A stretch of 64,000 nt of DNA from a virus, in IMG/VR virus record IMGVR_UViG_3300025093_000019, positions 15,290 through 79,289 of that record. One strand, 5' to 3'. Shown in pieces: positions 18,289-28,656 of the stretch. The translations under genes and the position numbers were made by a program. How positions within the stretch are numbered: position 1 is the stretch's first letter; every line of letters begins with the position of its first letter. Below the pieces are notes generated by a model. That model saw only the letters and a list, made by a program, of their open reading frames with translations. It was not told the origin of the DNA and ran no database searches.

Positions 18289-21200
18289 TTAGTTGTGCGA
18301 CTGTCTAAAATGAGTCAACACTGATTTGATAAAGATACGACTTTTTGTTTTCCATTCTATTCGAATTTTGATCCACCTACCACGGAATCTACTGTCAACG
18401 TCGTATATATTATTTGTAGGATTTTGTAAGTCTTGAGTTCTTATTATTGGAAGCTTCCATAAATTTTCAGTATATGCAGGATCTCTCCAATAACTAGCTT
18501 CTGTTCCTTCTATCCAAGGAAAGTGTTCTGATATCTGATGTTGTGTTTCGTAAACAACACGATAAATGTTATCTGAGCTTGTACTTAGTTCTAGATTGTC
18601 AAACACCTTTGTAATATCTGCTGCTTCATTAACTACGAATTCCACAAAACATAAATCCGGATCATCATTGTCAAAGAATGTAGTTGCATTTTCGTTTCCT
18701 GCAATTTCATAGATGTCTTTCAAATAACCAACTGATGTTATAATTGGATCCGGATTCATACTAGGAAATGACAATTTACCAAACGCAAAGAAGTCTTCAT
18801 TGATTGTAAACCTCATTGCTGAATCAGCTGTTCTTTCACCATGGAAAGCTCCTTGAAGTTCATTAAATACTATTGTTCTTCCAACATCTTTTATAGAGCA
18901 ATCATCTAGTCTTTCAGGGCTTCCATATATCCAAGTGAAATATATGTCTTGATGTTTTCTATCGTACACACTAGTAATACCAGTTCTACAAACTGGGTTA
19001 TCTAAAAAGAATTCAACACGATCACTTTCGTCATTATTAAACTCACAAAGCTCGTGGAGTGTCGATCGATAACCTTGCATGTCGGACAATACCTCCATTT
19101 GCATATTACCTTTCATTCTCCAAATCTTTCTCTTATTAAAGTCAACACCATATATTGCAATCTCTGTTGAAACAATTGACCACTGATGCTGAGATCCAAC
19201 ATAGTCTGTTAAGTTCTGATGTTTAGAATCCAGTATATCCCCAGTACCAAGTAATAACTCACCTGTAGATGATCCTTGATTAAGTACAGCTTTTTCGTTT
19301 ACAAAATGCCTGTTAACCCCTTCTTCTTGAATAGAAAACAATGCATTATTTAAAACCTGTAGAGATTTTATTTCACCCATTCTATAATCATACTCTTTCA
19401 GTGCAGATAAATCGATAACACGATATGCATCTAAGAATGATCCTGGTCTATGCTTATTGCTAAACATAATACCAACAGGTTTGTTTTCCGGGAAGAAAGG
19501 TACCTCTAAATCTATACCATTATAAAACTTGCTTGACAGAACTTTATTATAACCCGGATTAAGCAACTCAGACTCTCTTTCAATGTCTTTTACAGCTTGC
19601 TCGTAAACATCTGCATATGAACCTGGATAAAACTTATTGATGAAATCATCCAATCTCATCTCAGTATTTATTTTGTTTTCAGATATAAAAGAGTAGCAAA
19701 CACCAAAAGAATATAGTCTTTCTCCAATTAAGCCATCAAACAATCCAATGTCTATACCACCAGCAGCTATATTTCCTCCGTCGTCTTTTACTCCTGGTCC
19801 ATACTTAGGATTGTACATTTGCTTGTGCCATGTTCTTTGCAAAAAGCAATCTCCTTTGTAGAATATTTGATCATTAATCAGTCCATTATTAGCTTGAACG
19901 TCAGCTATACGATAATACTTTGATATCTTAAAGTAAGTTGTTGCTTTTACATCATACAAGTCTGTTATATCAAAACTAGCAGGATCTACACTTGTGTTAT
20001 ACAAGTTAATCATTCTATAGTCGTATTGAATGTCTGCATCTATGCCTATATAGCTCATATATGCCGATTCAAGATTAATCAACTCAATAAACTTGGTATC
20101 AGCTAAATTTTCTGCTAAAAAGTAATACATTGAATCGAAATCATTTCTTGATCCTTGATTAAAATAAGATGTATAGCTATTGTTGTTGGCTTGTTCCCAT
20201 GGTGCTATATTATGAACATCATGAAGATATTTTATCCCAGTACTAAAATTATATGTTTGATCTTGATAAAAATAATCCTCTTTACTGGGATCTATATCAG
20301 TAAATCTTTGAAAATCAATTGTTCCAAATGGATAAACTAGTGCTTTTGGTATCCCAAGTGTTTTTACAAAGAAATGATCAGATGAATGAAAGCCCCATTT
20401 GCCTTCTACCTGTTGAGTGTGTCTTTTAATGTGGTTGACAAAAGTGAACACCTGAGTAAACAGGTCACTAAAGTCATACTTTGTTTGATAAGGAAAAGAA
20501 GCTATTCTATTAGGTTGATTTAATATTCCTTTTTCTTCTTCAAACATTGGAACTACATCCTCATTTCTTTTTTCTATTTGTGGATATTCACCAATCAAAA
20601 AGTAAAGACCTCTTGATGAGGCACCATCAGCTGCATTATAGCATGGTAATGTAAATCCTTGATAAAGAAGTGTTTCTTGACGCTCTGCTCTTACAATATA
20701 GAATCCGGTTACATTATCTAAAATGTATTGTGGTATAGATGCAAAAGCATTTGTAACGTCAAACTGAACACCCATTACATTAATTAAGTTTCCAGAAACT
20801 GTTGGAGACACGTTGATGTTCGGAAATCTATAAACACCACTTGTGTTTGGCGTACCACCTAGATTCCAATCATCACGACCAGCAATTGGGAATGCCTGTG
20901 TCTCTCTTCCGTTCTTTAAAACATAGACAATGCCATAAGCATACGCTTCACCTCTAAAATATCCAGTTCTATTATAGACATTTATTTCGTTGTTATAGAT
21001 TCCTACATCTCCATTTCCATTTCTATGCTGTAACTGCAAAGTAGCATTGTGACTTGGAACAATCAGTTGAGCAAAATTAAATAGATCTGTTATTGCTTCG
21101 TCACCATAGTCTGTAGTATCAAAAAGATTTCCTGCAAAGTATCTGTTCTCTAATTGAGTGTGCGTTAAAGCACCATCATACTGAGGTTTGGTTTTTATTA

Positions 21201-22212
21201 TTTCATCTAATCCAGTTTCAAAAGTTCCTTCGTATCCTGTAATCTCTATATCAAGAGTAGATAAATTTGGATCTATTGAATAAAGCTTATCTATGATTCC
21301 ATATTCAACTGTGTCACTAAAGTAGTACATGTAGCCTATCTCTAGATAAGAATATGTTGTATCAATATTTGAATACCTAAGCTTTATACTTTTGTTGGTT
21401 TCTTTGCCGCCTTCATCACCATGATGTCTAATACCTTCAGACAAATAAGTTCCTTGAGTTATTTGTATTGCATTTGTCTCAGTGAAAAAAGAAGTCTTGT
21501 CAAAGTTTTCTGTTGAGTATCTAGCAAAAAATATCCAGTTTCCTGCACGAGTTTTTCCAGCCTGTCCAAGGCCTTGAAAAGAAACATCAGCATGTATATC
21601 AGATTCATGCAAAAGGTTTACTGCATTTGGAAATGAGTTGTCCCAATACCTTCTTTTGAATGATGTACAATTTCCATCTTGATCAAAACCAGTATTGTAA
21701 ACTCTAACCGGCAATCCTTTCTGAGCCATATATAAGCTTACAGATCCATCGTAATCCTCTCTTGCAAATATCTCAACTTGATTTTCACAATCAAAACCTA
21801 GCAAATCTGTTCTAAAGTATTGAGATAGTGAGTTCTCATCTCTAGGTGTATTTGGTCCTGTAAAATTAAAGAGTGGGGAATATTGTTTTGCAGTTCCCCA
21901 TCCCGAGAAAGAACAATCTTGATTTACCAATGCTAATGGTGCAGGATAGCATCCTATTTCACTTTGACCAGTACTAGGGTTTGTTGATGCTATATAGGCA
22001 ACACCGTTATACTCACAAACTCCAACAGGAACAAAACCATCTTCTAAACTAAATTTTGCTTCGGATCCACCGACATTAGTAAGAACGGCAGTTTTTCCAT
22101 CAACCTCAATATAACGCATGTTTTGGATTCTCCTAGAAGTATCCTTTGGTATGATCAATAAATCAAGATCTCTATTATCTCCTTTATGAAACTCGTTTAT
22201 ACTAGTTGGCAT
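18289..22212 (-). CDS. Tail stabilisation/muzzle protein (P22 gp10-like, crAss Tstab)
   Basis: 1307 aa. N-terminal F-x-K-G...D-x-D...N-M-R, YFRGEAYAYGIVY, C-terminal KVFDNL...RFRGRWIKI typical of this family; follows the tail tubular gene. Confidence 0.75.
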   Translation of the reverse strand: MPTSINEFHKGDNRDLDLLIIPKDTSRRIQNMRYIEVDGKTAVLTNVGGSEAKFSLEDGFVPVGVCEYNGVAYIASTNPSTGQSEIGCYPAPLALVNQDCSFSGWGTAKQYSPLFNFTGPNTPRDENSLSQYFRTDLLGFDCENQVEIFAREDYDGSVSLYMAQKGLPVRVYNTGFDQDGNCTSFKRRYWDNSFPNAVNLLHESDIHADVSFQGLGQAGKTRAGNWIFFARYSTENFDKTSFFTETNAIQITQGTYLSEGIRHHGDEGGKETNKSIKLRYSNIDTTYSYLEIGYMYYFSDTVEYGIIDKLYSIDPNLSTLDIEITGYEGTFETGLDEIIKTKPQYDGALTHTQLENRYFAGNLFDTTDYGDEAITDLFNFAQLIVPSHNATLQLQHRNGNGDVGIYNNEINVYNRTGYFRGEAYAYGIVYVLKNGRETQAFPIAGRDDWNLGGTPNTSGVYRFPNINVSPTVSGNLINVMGVQFDVTNAFASIPQYILDNVTGFYIVRAERQETLLYQGFTLPCYNAADGASSRGLYFLIGEYPQIEKRNEDVVPMFEEEKGILNQPNRIASFPYQTKYDFSDLFTQVFTFVNHIKRHTQQVEGKWGFHSSDHFFVKTLGIPKALVYPFGTIDFQRFTDIDPSKEDYFYQDQTYNFSTGIKYLHDVHNIAPWEQANNNSYTSYFNQGSRNDFDSMYYFLAENLADTKFIELINLESAYMSYIGIDADIQYDYRMINLYNTSVDPASFDITDLYDVKATTYFKISKYYRIADVQANNGLINDQIFYKGDCFLQRTWHKQMYNPKYGPGVKDDGGNIAAGGIDIGLFDGLIGERLYSFGVCYSFISENKINTEMRLDDFINKFYPGSYADVYEQAVKDIERESELLNPGYNKVLSSKFYNGIDLEVPFFPENKPVGIMFSNKHRPGSFLDAYRVIDLSALKEYDYRMGEIKSLQVLNNALFSIQEEGVNRHFVNEKAVLNQGSSTGELLLGTGDILDSKHQNLTDYVGSQHQWSIVSTEIAIYGVDFNKRKIWRMKGNMQMEVLSDMQGYRSTLHELCEFNNDESDRVEFFLDNPVCRTGITSVYDRKHQDIYFTWIYGSPERLDDCSIKDVGRTIVFNELQGAFHGERTADSAMRFTINEDFFAFGKLSFPSMNPDPIITSVGYLKDIYEIAGNENATTFFDNDDPDLCFVEFVVNEAADITKVFDNLELSTSSDNIYRVVYETQHQISEHFPWIEGTEASYWRDPAYTENLWKLPIIRTQDLQNPTNNIYDVDSRFRGRWIKIRIEWKTKSRIFIKSVLTHFRQSHN

Positions 22213-22223
22213 TTTTTAATAGT

Positions 22224-25200
22224 TTATTTAAATCCAGCACCTCCAAACATTTTTTGCATCTGCATATAGTTTATCAATCCACGTTCACCAGGACTTTGAA
22301 CTGCATCAGTATTTACACTTGCAGACTGTACTTTTTGTTGTTCTGCTGGTTGTTCTTCAACAGGAACTTCTTCTCCCTTGCTTTCTGCAATTGTTTGAGA
22401 TCCAGCCCTTGTTGCCGTTTTTTGTGCGGCAACTTTTTCAGCCTGAATAAGAGTAGGAGTGATTAAGCTTCCTGCTGAAATATCATCAATTGATCGACTA
22501 CCTATTGCAGTAAATTCGTCAAGTTTTCTTGGTAACAAATACTCTCCAGTATTAAACATGTTTCTTCCTAAAGCGTCTTTAAGACCAGGATTTACAATTT
22601 TATTGTCTATTTGGAGTAATGAGTTTTGCCAATAATTTTGAGGTTGAGAAACCATTTGATTTACATTTATTCTCTGGTTTAAAGGCAAACTTAAATAGTG
22701 TTTTCTAAATTCAGGATTACTCATCATTTCTGCTCTTGACGGAATAGATTTTGTTGCAGCGTCTTCTACAGCTTCTCTTGTAATTCCTGTCGGAAGACTT
22801 TTTCCTTTATTTGCACGAGTCATTAAATTTCCTAAGCTGTACTGAGATGCTGCGGCCTCTGTTAAAGGAGTTGCTTGATACATTAAATTATCTCCATATT
22901 GAGATGCGTATTTAGCAAGTTCATCATTATTTTTTAATGCTTGTTGCCACATTGCATCAGAAGGATTAAATTGTCCACTAGCTATTCTATCTTTTAATTC
23001 TTGTAATGATTCTTTTCCTGTAAGTCTAACAAGATCTTTTCTTTTAAATAATTGACTAGGTTTAGCAACTCCTCTTAAAACTTGATTTACTCCAAGCTCT
23101 TTAGCTGTTGCATAACCAAGCATTTTTGACGCTCCTGTAAGTTCACTAGCACCAGTAATACCACCAATAAGGTTAGCACCGGCATATCCTAAATCTTTTA
23201 ATCCTTCAGCGTATTCACCTTTGTCAAAATCATCAGCAGCATCACTCATACTAACGCCTGCTTGAGTTGCATAATGTAATGGATTAAATACTTTAAAAGC
23301 GTCATTTATCCATGACTCTGAATCTCCAGAAATATCATATAGATCTTGAGTAGTTACTCCATATCTGTCTGCAACCTGTTGTGCTTTCTCTGGATCACTA
23401 AGCCAAGCTTCTTGACCAACCATTGCACCTTCTCCTTGCATCCATTGAGATCCTGTTAATATAGGATCATCCATAAATGCTACAACTTGCTGTCCAGCTT
23501 TTTTGTACCATGGCATATCATCCCATATCTTTTGCTCTTGTGCCTGGAAGTTTTGTATTTTTTTCTGTTGCATTTCTGGTGCGTACATAGCTTGAACCAA
23601 TGCAACATCGTCATAATCTCCTGTTTCCGGATTAATAAAATCATCTCTACTCAGCCCTAATTCATCTTCCCACAAAACTCTATTTGTGTAATACTCATTC
23701 ATTGCACTTCGAACAAATGCCTGTTGTTCAGCTCTAACTTGTTGGGGTGTTTTAATTTGAAAATCAAATGTATTATCAAAACTGCTATCAACAATGTTTG
23801 TCACGTCTGTTGATTCTGCAACTACAGGCATTGAATCATAACCTAATTCTATATTAGGCTGCTGATCACGTTGCTGCTCTCTTTCAATCCTGTCTGCCTC
23901 TTCCAAGAGTTTAGCACCTTCAATAGTTGGACCTCCAGCATAAGCTTCATCCCTTAGTTGTTGAGCAGTTTTTGAATCGGTTCTAGTAAGTAATGGCGGG
24001 GCTGGAGCAGTGTAGGTTTCTTCACCTGTTTCTTGTTCTTTTTGACGTTGCATAAGATCTCTAGCTGCTCTTTCTGCTGCTAGTTTTCTACTGGCTATTC
24101 CTTCAGCACGTTCACCAAATATTCTTTCAAGACCTTCTTCTGTTCCAAAATTAGATTTTATGAGTTCATTGAATGCACCTGATTTAGTAAAGCCCATATC
24201 CATGTACTCTTGAATCTTTCTCATGCCTCTCTCATCATATTTTGCTTGATGATAGTCATATACAGGCTGGAACATTTCATCTATTCTAGCACGATCTGCA
24301 CCGGTTATTTCAGCAAGTTTGTTACCTCTATATCCATGTTGCATTATTCCTTCAGATATGTCAGCAACTTCATAGGCACTCAAGGATCCGTCTTCATTCA
24401 TTACAGGGAAATAATTCATATCCCTATACTCATTGAATATCTGATCCATAAAAGGAACTTCACCAGTATATCCTGATTCGTATTCTGCTAGTTGATCTTT
24501 TGTAAATGTAATCTTAGGCTTAATTTTACCGCCATCTTGAAAGTTGAACCGAGCTCTTATCCCTGGCTTTATTTTGTTTATTCCTTTTTGATTTTTGCCA
24601 TCAGCTATATTGTAAGTTCCAGTTAACCCTACAGAAAATTTAGGGAAGTTTTTTGATATACCTCCGAAAGCTTCTCCTTTCCAATATTTATTTGGCTGAT
24701 AAGGAATAATAGCTCCAATATTTCCTTCTAAACCAGATGGAATATGTCCTGCACCCATTAAACCAAAGATTCCTTCTGGATTTGGATTAGCAAACATGTA
24801 TTTGTACATATTACTTTCTTTACCTCCTCCAAACTGGTGATTTAACCCAATGTCTATTGGAGTCCTTTCTTCAGGTAAGTTGGCCTTAGTATTTAAAAGT
24901 ACATTCTTTATATTCTGTTTTGGAGGATCTGTTGGTCCACCATCTTCCATATAAACTTTACCACCAAACTTCCATCCTTCTTGAGGTTGTTCAAGTTCTG
25001 GCTGTTTGCGATAATCAACTGTAATTTCTTCTCCTGCTCCAATCTTATCAATTGGCATAATAAAATGCTTGTTACCAATTTTTGTAACCCTAGCATTTGG
25101 TGTCTCGGAATGATTATAGTTTTGTCCTAAATCTGTTGTTGGCCAATTGTCCTCATGGGTAGTTCCGAAAAATCCATCATTTACTGATAGATCTTCACCA

Positions 25201-25262
25201 GCAAACAATCCATTTCCATGAATTTGAGAAGGTCCTACATATGTCTTTGTTCCCTTTTTCAT
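22224..25262 (-). CDS. Putative virion cargo protein with N-terminal SET (lysine methyltransferase) domain
   Basis: aa ~8-88 contain SQIHGNGLFA, NYNHSETPN and IGAGEEITVDY, the canonical SET motifs. The rest is unassigned, with FGG, MEDGG and FQDGG motifs. Confidence 0.75.
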   Translation of the reverse strand: MKKGTKTYVGPSQIHGNGLFAGEDLSVNDGFFGTTHEDNWPTTDLGQNYNHSETPNARVTKIGNKHFIMPIDKIGAGEEITVDYRKQPELEQPQEGWKFGGKVYMEDGGPTDPPKQNIKNVLLNTKANLPEERTPIDIGLNHQFGGGKESNMYKYMFANPNPEGIFGLMGAGHIPSGLEGNIGAIIPYQPNKYWKGEAFGGISKNFPKFSVGLTGTYNIADGKNQKGINKIKPGIRARFNFQDGGKIKPKITFTKDQLAEYESGYTGEVPFMDQIFNEYRDMNYFPVMNEDGSLSAYEVADISEGIMQHGYRGNKLAEITGADRARIDEMFQPVYDYHQAKYDERGMRKIQEYMDMGFTKSGAFNELIKSNFGTEEGLERIFGERAEGIASRKLAAERAARDLMQRQKEQETGEETYTAPAPPLLTRTDSKTAQQLRDEAYAGGPTIEGAKLLEEADRIEREQQRDQQPNIELGYDSMPVVAESTDVTNIVDSSFDNTFDFQIKTPQQVRAEQQAFVRSAMNEYYTNRVLWEDELGLSRDDFINPETGDYDDVALVQAMYAPEMQQKKIQNFQAQEQKIWDDMPWYKKAGQQVVAFMDDPILTGSQWMQGEGAMVGQEAWLSDPEKAQQVADRYGVTTQDLYDISGDSESWINDAFKVFNPLHYATQAGVSMSDAADDFDKGEYAEGLKDLGYAGANLIGGITGASELTGASKMLGYATAKELGVNQVLRGVAKPSQLFKRKDLVRLTGKESLQELKDRIASGQFNPSDAMWQQALKNNDELAKYASQYGDNLMYQATPLTEAAASQYSLGNLMTRANKGKSLPTGITREAVEDAATKSIPSRAEMMSNPEFRKHYLSLPLNQRINVNQMVSQPQNYWQNSLLQIDNKIVNPGLKDALGRNMFNTGEYLLPRKLDEFTAIGSRSIDDISAGSLITPTLIQAEKVAAQKTATRAGSQTIAESKGEEVPVEEQPAEQQKVQSASVNTDAVQSPGERGLINYMQMQKMFGGAGFK

Positions 25263-26014
25263 TATGCAACATTTCTAGACATTTTTACTTTAGGAACAAT
25301 GTTATGTAGGAGCATGCTTATTTCGTTCATGTCGTCACGAGAAACATCTCTAAAGTTTCCTTTTGCTTTTGCAACATAGTGACCTAATCGATCGTTCAAG
25401 TACATATATCTTCCATCTGGAATCAATCCATTCATATAGTCCTCAAAATAAAGTTTAGTCATGCAATACCAAAAGCAAGCTTCTTGATGTCCATCTCTAA
25501 TCATTGGAAGACCTTCGTGATCTACAGCTACTCCTATGTAGTCTATATCAACAGTGTATTCTTGACTGAATGTTCCAGGATCATCAAGGTTAAATCGAAG
25601 ATAAGCTCCATCCCAATCATATTTTGGAACAGAACACTTATTTCTATAAACACTCAAGATCCTATAAATGTTACAAGGTAGATATGCTTTATTATGCTTC
25701 ACAGTAACTTTTACATTTCTGTACTTCACAAAAGCATCATACATTGCTATCTCATCTGTCTCACATTCACCACACCATTCCGCAATATCATATATGTCAA
25801 ACTCTTTACCTTTGACGTTTCTAGATATTCTTGCGGCTACATTTCTTACAGAGACATATTTACCTGAGTTAATATGCTCTACAGCTTCAGCAGAAAAACT
25901 CTTTTGAGAGCAATCTCCTGTACCGGGAACATTAATATCACAACTGCTTGCAGATTGTCCAGTGACATTTAAGTTTACCGTGTTGGCTGGATTATTGAAA
26001 CTACTATGACTCAT
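25262..26014 (-). CDS. Tail tubular/ring protein (P22 gp4-like, crAss Ttub)
   Basis: YVSV...KAYLPC...IDYIGVAVDHEGLPMI...EACFWY pattern and position next to the IHF-like gene and Tstab; start at MSHSS assumed. Confidence 0.65.
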   Translation of the reverse strand: MSHSSFNNPANTVNLNVTGQSASSCDINVPGTGDCSQKSFSAEAVEHINSGKYVSVRNVAARISRNVKGKEFDIYDIAEWCGECETDEIAMYDAFVKYRNVKVTVKHNKAYLPCNIYRILSVYRNKCSVPKYDWDGAYLRFNLDDPGTFSQEYTVDIDYIGVAVDHEGLPMIRDGHQEACFWYCMTKLYFEDYMNGLIPDGRYMYLNDRLGHYVAKAKGNFRDVSRDDMNEISMLLHNIVPKVKMSRNVA

Positions 26015-26015
26015 A

Positions 26016-26468
26016 CTATTCGTATTTATGACCACTCTTTATTAAATGGTACATTTTTGTTCTTAACCTAGTATTAAATCTTAGACGATAATGCTTCTTG
26101 TTTCTTTTTGTTATTTCTTGGTTTATCTTTAATCTTGGAGTAAAGACTCTACCATCAGATTCAATATCATAAATATAATCAGAACGATTTTCATTTGCTG
26201 TATTCGATACTTTTAAATAACCAAATCCAGGAGATGGAAAAACAAATATTTCATTGTTCTCAATCAGATCTGTAGATAGTTTACTTAAAAAAGAATTGAA
26301 CACATGTGTTGCAATACTCTTTGCTTCTGATTCTGTTTTTGTTCCTAATAGATCTTTATATGAACTGAAGGATCTCTTTTTAAAGTTGTCTAAACTTAAA
26401 ACATCAGACAAGCTATTTATCTTGTATGCATAAGTAGCATCATCATTGACAAATTGCTCATATCTCAT
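26016..26468 (-). CDS. IHF/HU-like protein of the crAss structural module
   Basis: Helical N-terminus followed by F-x-F-P-x-x-G-F-G-Y-L-K-V and a basic arm; crAss-like phages carry IHF-like genes at this position. Confidence 0.55.
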   Translation of the reverse strand: MRYEQFVNDDATYAYKINSLSDVLSLDNFKKRSFSSYKDLLGTKTESEAKSIATHVFNSFLSKLSTDLIENNEIFVFPSPGFGYLKVSNTANENRSDYIYDIESDGRVFTPRLKINQEITKRNKKHYRLRFNTRLRTKMYHLIKSGHKYE

Positions 26469-26469
26469 A

Positions 26470-26862
26470 TTAATGTTTAAATCGATCGGTAGGCTGAATT
26501 TCACTTGCTGTCTTCCAGATTTGATTTGGATCCGGATGTGCAACTATCTCTGAAAAGTCAGTACCTGGGTTTAAATGTTGATCTCTTCTTGCTACATCAA
26601 AGTCTTGGCTTTCTTTTGGAATCGCTACGTTTGTCTCTACTACATACTTTTGATCTACATAAAATATGTTTCCAGAAACACAAACACCATAGTGTTTAAC
26701 TATAGCTTTTTTTGTTCCTCCACATCCACAACCAATTTCTAACCAAACAATCCTATCAAATTCATATTGATGATTTATCTTAAACAGATGACCACCCATG
26801 TACAATCTATTTTGAAAAGTAACATGGCCACATACATCTTCTTGTCTAACGATATTCGGCAT
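26470..26862 (-). CDS. Hypothetical protein (GCGCGG motif)
   Basis: ORF in a tightly packed operon. Confidence 0.6.
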   Translation of the reverse strand: MPNIVRQEDVCGHVTFQNRLYMGGHLFKINHQYEFDRIVWLEIGCGCGGTKKAIVKHYGVCVSGNIFYVDQKYVVETNVAIPKESQDFDVARRDQHLNPGTDFSEIVAHPDPNQIWKTASEIQPTDRFKH

Positions 26863-27539
26863 TATTCAATTCTACTTGGTTTATTTAATTGATCCGGACT
26901 TTCATCTCTAGCATTATTGCCTTCGTCTGGACCTATCTGGATTGTGCTCATAAACTGCTGTATAGCCAATAACTCTAACTTGTGTATTAAATGTCTAGCA
27001 ATAGGGAATGGATCATCTTCATTACAAATGTCTCTAGGATCTTCAAGAACACCAATCAAACAAACAAATTTCAAACCATGAGTAGGAAGGTTTTTTAATA
27101 TCGCTTTATCATCAACCAGTGTAAATGATGGAGCTTTACCTGTATATTTCTCATGATCAGAATATAAAAACCCTTGGAAGCTTGTTCTTCTAAATGGATT
27201 TCTTTTGTCAACTGTTCCTAAATACTTAATAGCATCATAGCCAACCGACGATTCTACTTTAGGTATTTTTATGTAATATTCTTTTACTCCAGAGTTATAT
27301 CCATTACAATGAATAACATCACACTCTACTTCTAAGCAACACTCAGTTGTATAGTCTTGATCATTTAATTTTCTGAACTTTCTGTATTCTTCTTTCAAAA
27401 GCAGAGATCTAATATCCCAACACTTATCATAAACAAGTTGAATATCAATGCGTTCATCATCAGTAGGATAATATCCTTTAATTTGATTCCTGATGCTGTA
27501 ACCTATTTCTGCTAATGTTTTTGACATCTTAAAGCCCAA
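26862..27539 (-). CDS. Putative head-tail ring/connector protein
   Basis: Conserved-looking crAss structural ORF (LEDP...FPI) between capsid and tail genes. Confidence 0.55.
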   Translation of the reverse strand: MGFKMSKTLAEIGYSIRNQIKGYYPTDDERIDIQLVYDKCWDIRSLLLKEEYRKFRKLNDQDYTTECCLEVECDVIHCNGYNSGVKEYYIKIPKVESSVGYDAIKYLGTVDKRNPFRRTSFQGFLYSDHEKYTGKAPSFTLVDDKAILKNLPTHGLKFVCLIGVLEDPRDICNEDDPFPIARHLIHKLELLAIQQFMSTIQIGPDEGNNARDESPDQLNKPSRIE

Positions 27540-27858
27540 TTAATTTATTCCTCAAAACCCACATTACAGTATTAATGTACGAAGAACTGACACATGAAAA
27601 AACCCATAGAAGATATGTTCTTGCGTCTTTAAAATCTACATTACAATAATATGCTACTAAAAAGTAGATTATCGTACCCCAAAAACTTGACATGCATGCA
27701 CAACAAACAATTACTGGTTTCATCACCCATACAGGTGTGTTGTTTACAAACCAAGATCTAATAGGATATCCGATTCTGCCCCCATCTACGTCGTCAGTAA
27801 TCTCACGCAGACCGAGGCAGAAAATAGATATCATTGTTATTGTCCAAACAATACTCAT
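27529..27858 (-). CDS. Small membrane protein with C-x-x-C-x-S-x-x-W motif (DUF1360-like)
   Basis: Three hydrophobic segments, CCACMSSFWG. Confidence 0.5.
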   Translation of the reverse strand: MSIVWTITMISIFCLGLREITDDVDGGRIGYPIRSWFVNNTPVWVMKPVIVCCACMSSFWGTIIYFLVAYYCNVDFKDARTYLLWVFSCVSSSYINTVMWVLRNKLIGL

Positions 27859-28628
27859 TATAGAGTACCACCATTTGCAACTGGAATCAATCCTGCAATA
27901 GGAGTATCAAACGCTGCAAAGTTTGGATCATTTGCACGAACATAGAAGTAAACTTCTTTTTCGTACTCATTGTAATGGTTTGCTCCATCCACATCCTGAA
28001 CGTCTTCTAGTCCACGGATCGTAAAGTGATACTCACAATAGTCATCTCCTAGAACTGGGATGTTAGGTTGTGCACCTTGCATACCCCAACGGATTGGGAA
28101 CAATCTACTCATGTACTCAGAATCAAGAACCGCTTTCACGTAAGCAACTGTTTCAGTCACTGTTCCTGATGCAGTGTAAGCATTGAAGTTTACACCTGGT
28201 TTCCCAGTAAGTGTAATCACAGTACCTACAACTGATGCAGTAACACATGCAAACGGATCTGCGTTGATTGAAGCTGCGATTGCAGCAGCTGTATCGGCAG
28301 CAGTTGGTGTTCCACCAGCAGGATCCTCATAGCAGTAAGTGCGGATTGCAGGGAATGTTGTTTGAACTTCATAGTTCTGAAGGTTCGGCAAACATTCAAC
28401 TGTCATGCACCACTCGTAAGGACACTCGCATGATGTTGGAATAGCTACATCTACTTCAACCTCTTTTGGAGTTTCAGCAGAAGTACAAGTCTTGTGAGAC
28501 TCGATTTGGTTTGCAGCAGTTAGAATGCCATAGCCTTCCACTGTTGCTGTAACATTAGGTGTTACATTCGTAATAATTGCCGGATCAATGTTGTTGATTA
28601 AGATCCTATCGGCTGCTCTTCTTAACAT
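27858..28628 (-). CDS. Putative auxiliary capsid/structural protein
   Basis: Thr/Ala/Val-rich beta protein (TAAAIAASINADP) downstream of the capsid gene. Confidence 0.5.
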   Translation of the reverse strand: MLRRAADRILINNIDPAIITNVTPNVTATVEGYGILTAANQIESHKTCTSAETPKEVEVDVAIPTSCECPYEWCMTVECLPNLQNYEVQTTFPAIRTYCYEDPAGGTPTAADTAAAIAASINADPFACVTASVVGTVITLTGKPGVNFNAYTASGTVTETVAYVKAVLDSEYMSRLFPIRWGMQGAQPNIPVLGDDYCEYHFTIRGLEDVQDVDGANHYNEYEKEVYFYVRANDPNFAAFDTPIAGLIPVANGGTL

Positions 28629-28656
28629 TTTCTTTCTTTTTTAGAATGTTTAAAAC

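Noticed and set aside
18023-18292. Arg/Trp-rich and Pro/Ala-rich ORFs
   Set aside because: Alternative-frame readings of the Gly/Ala codon repeat
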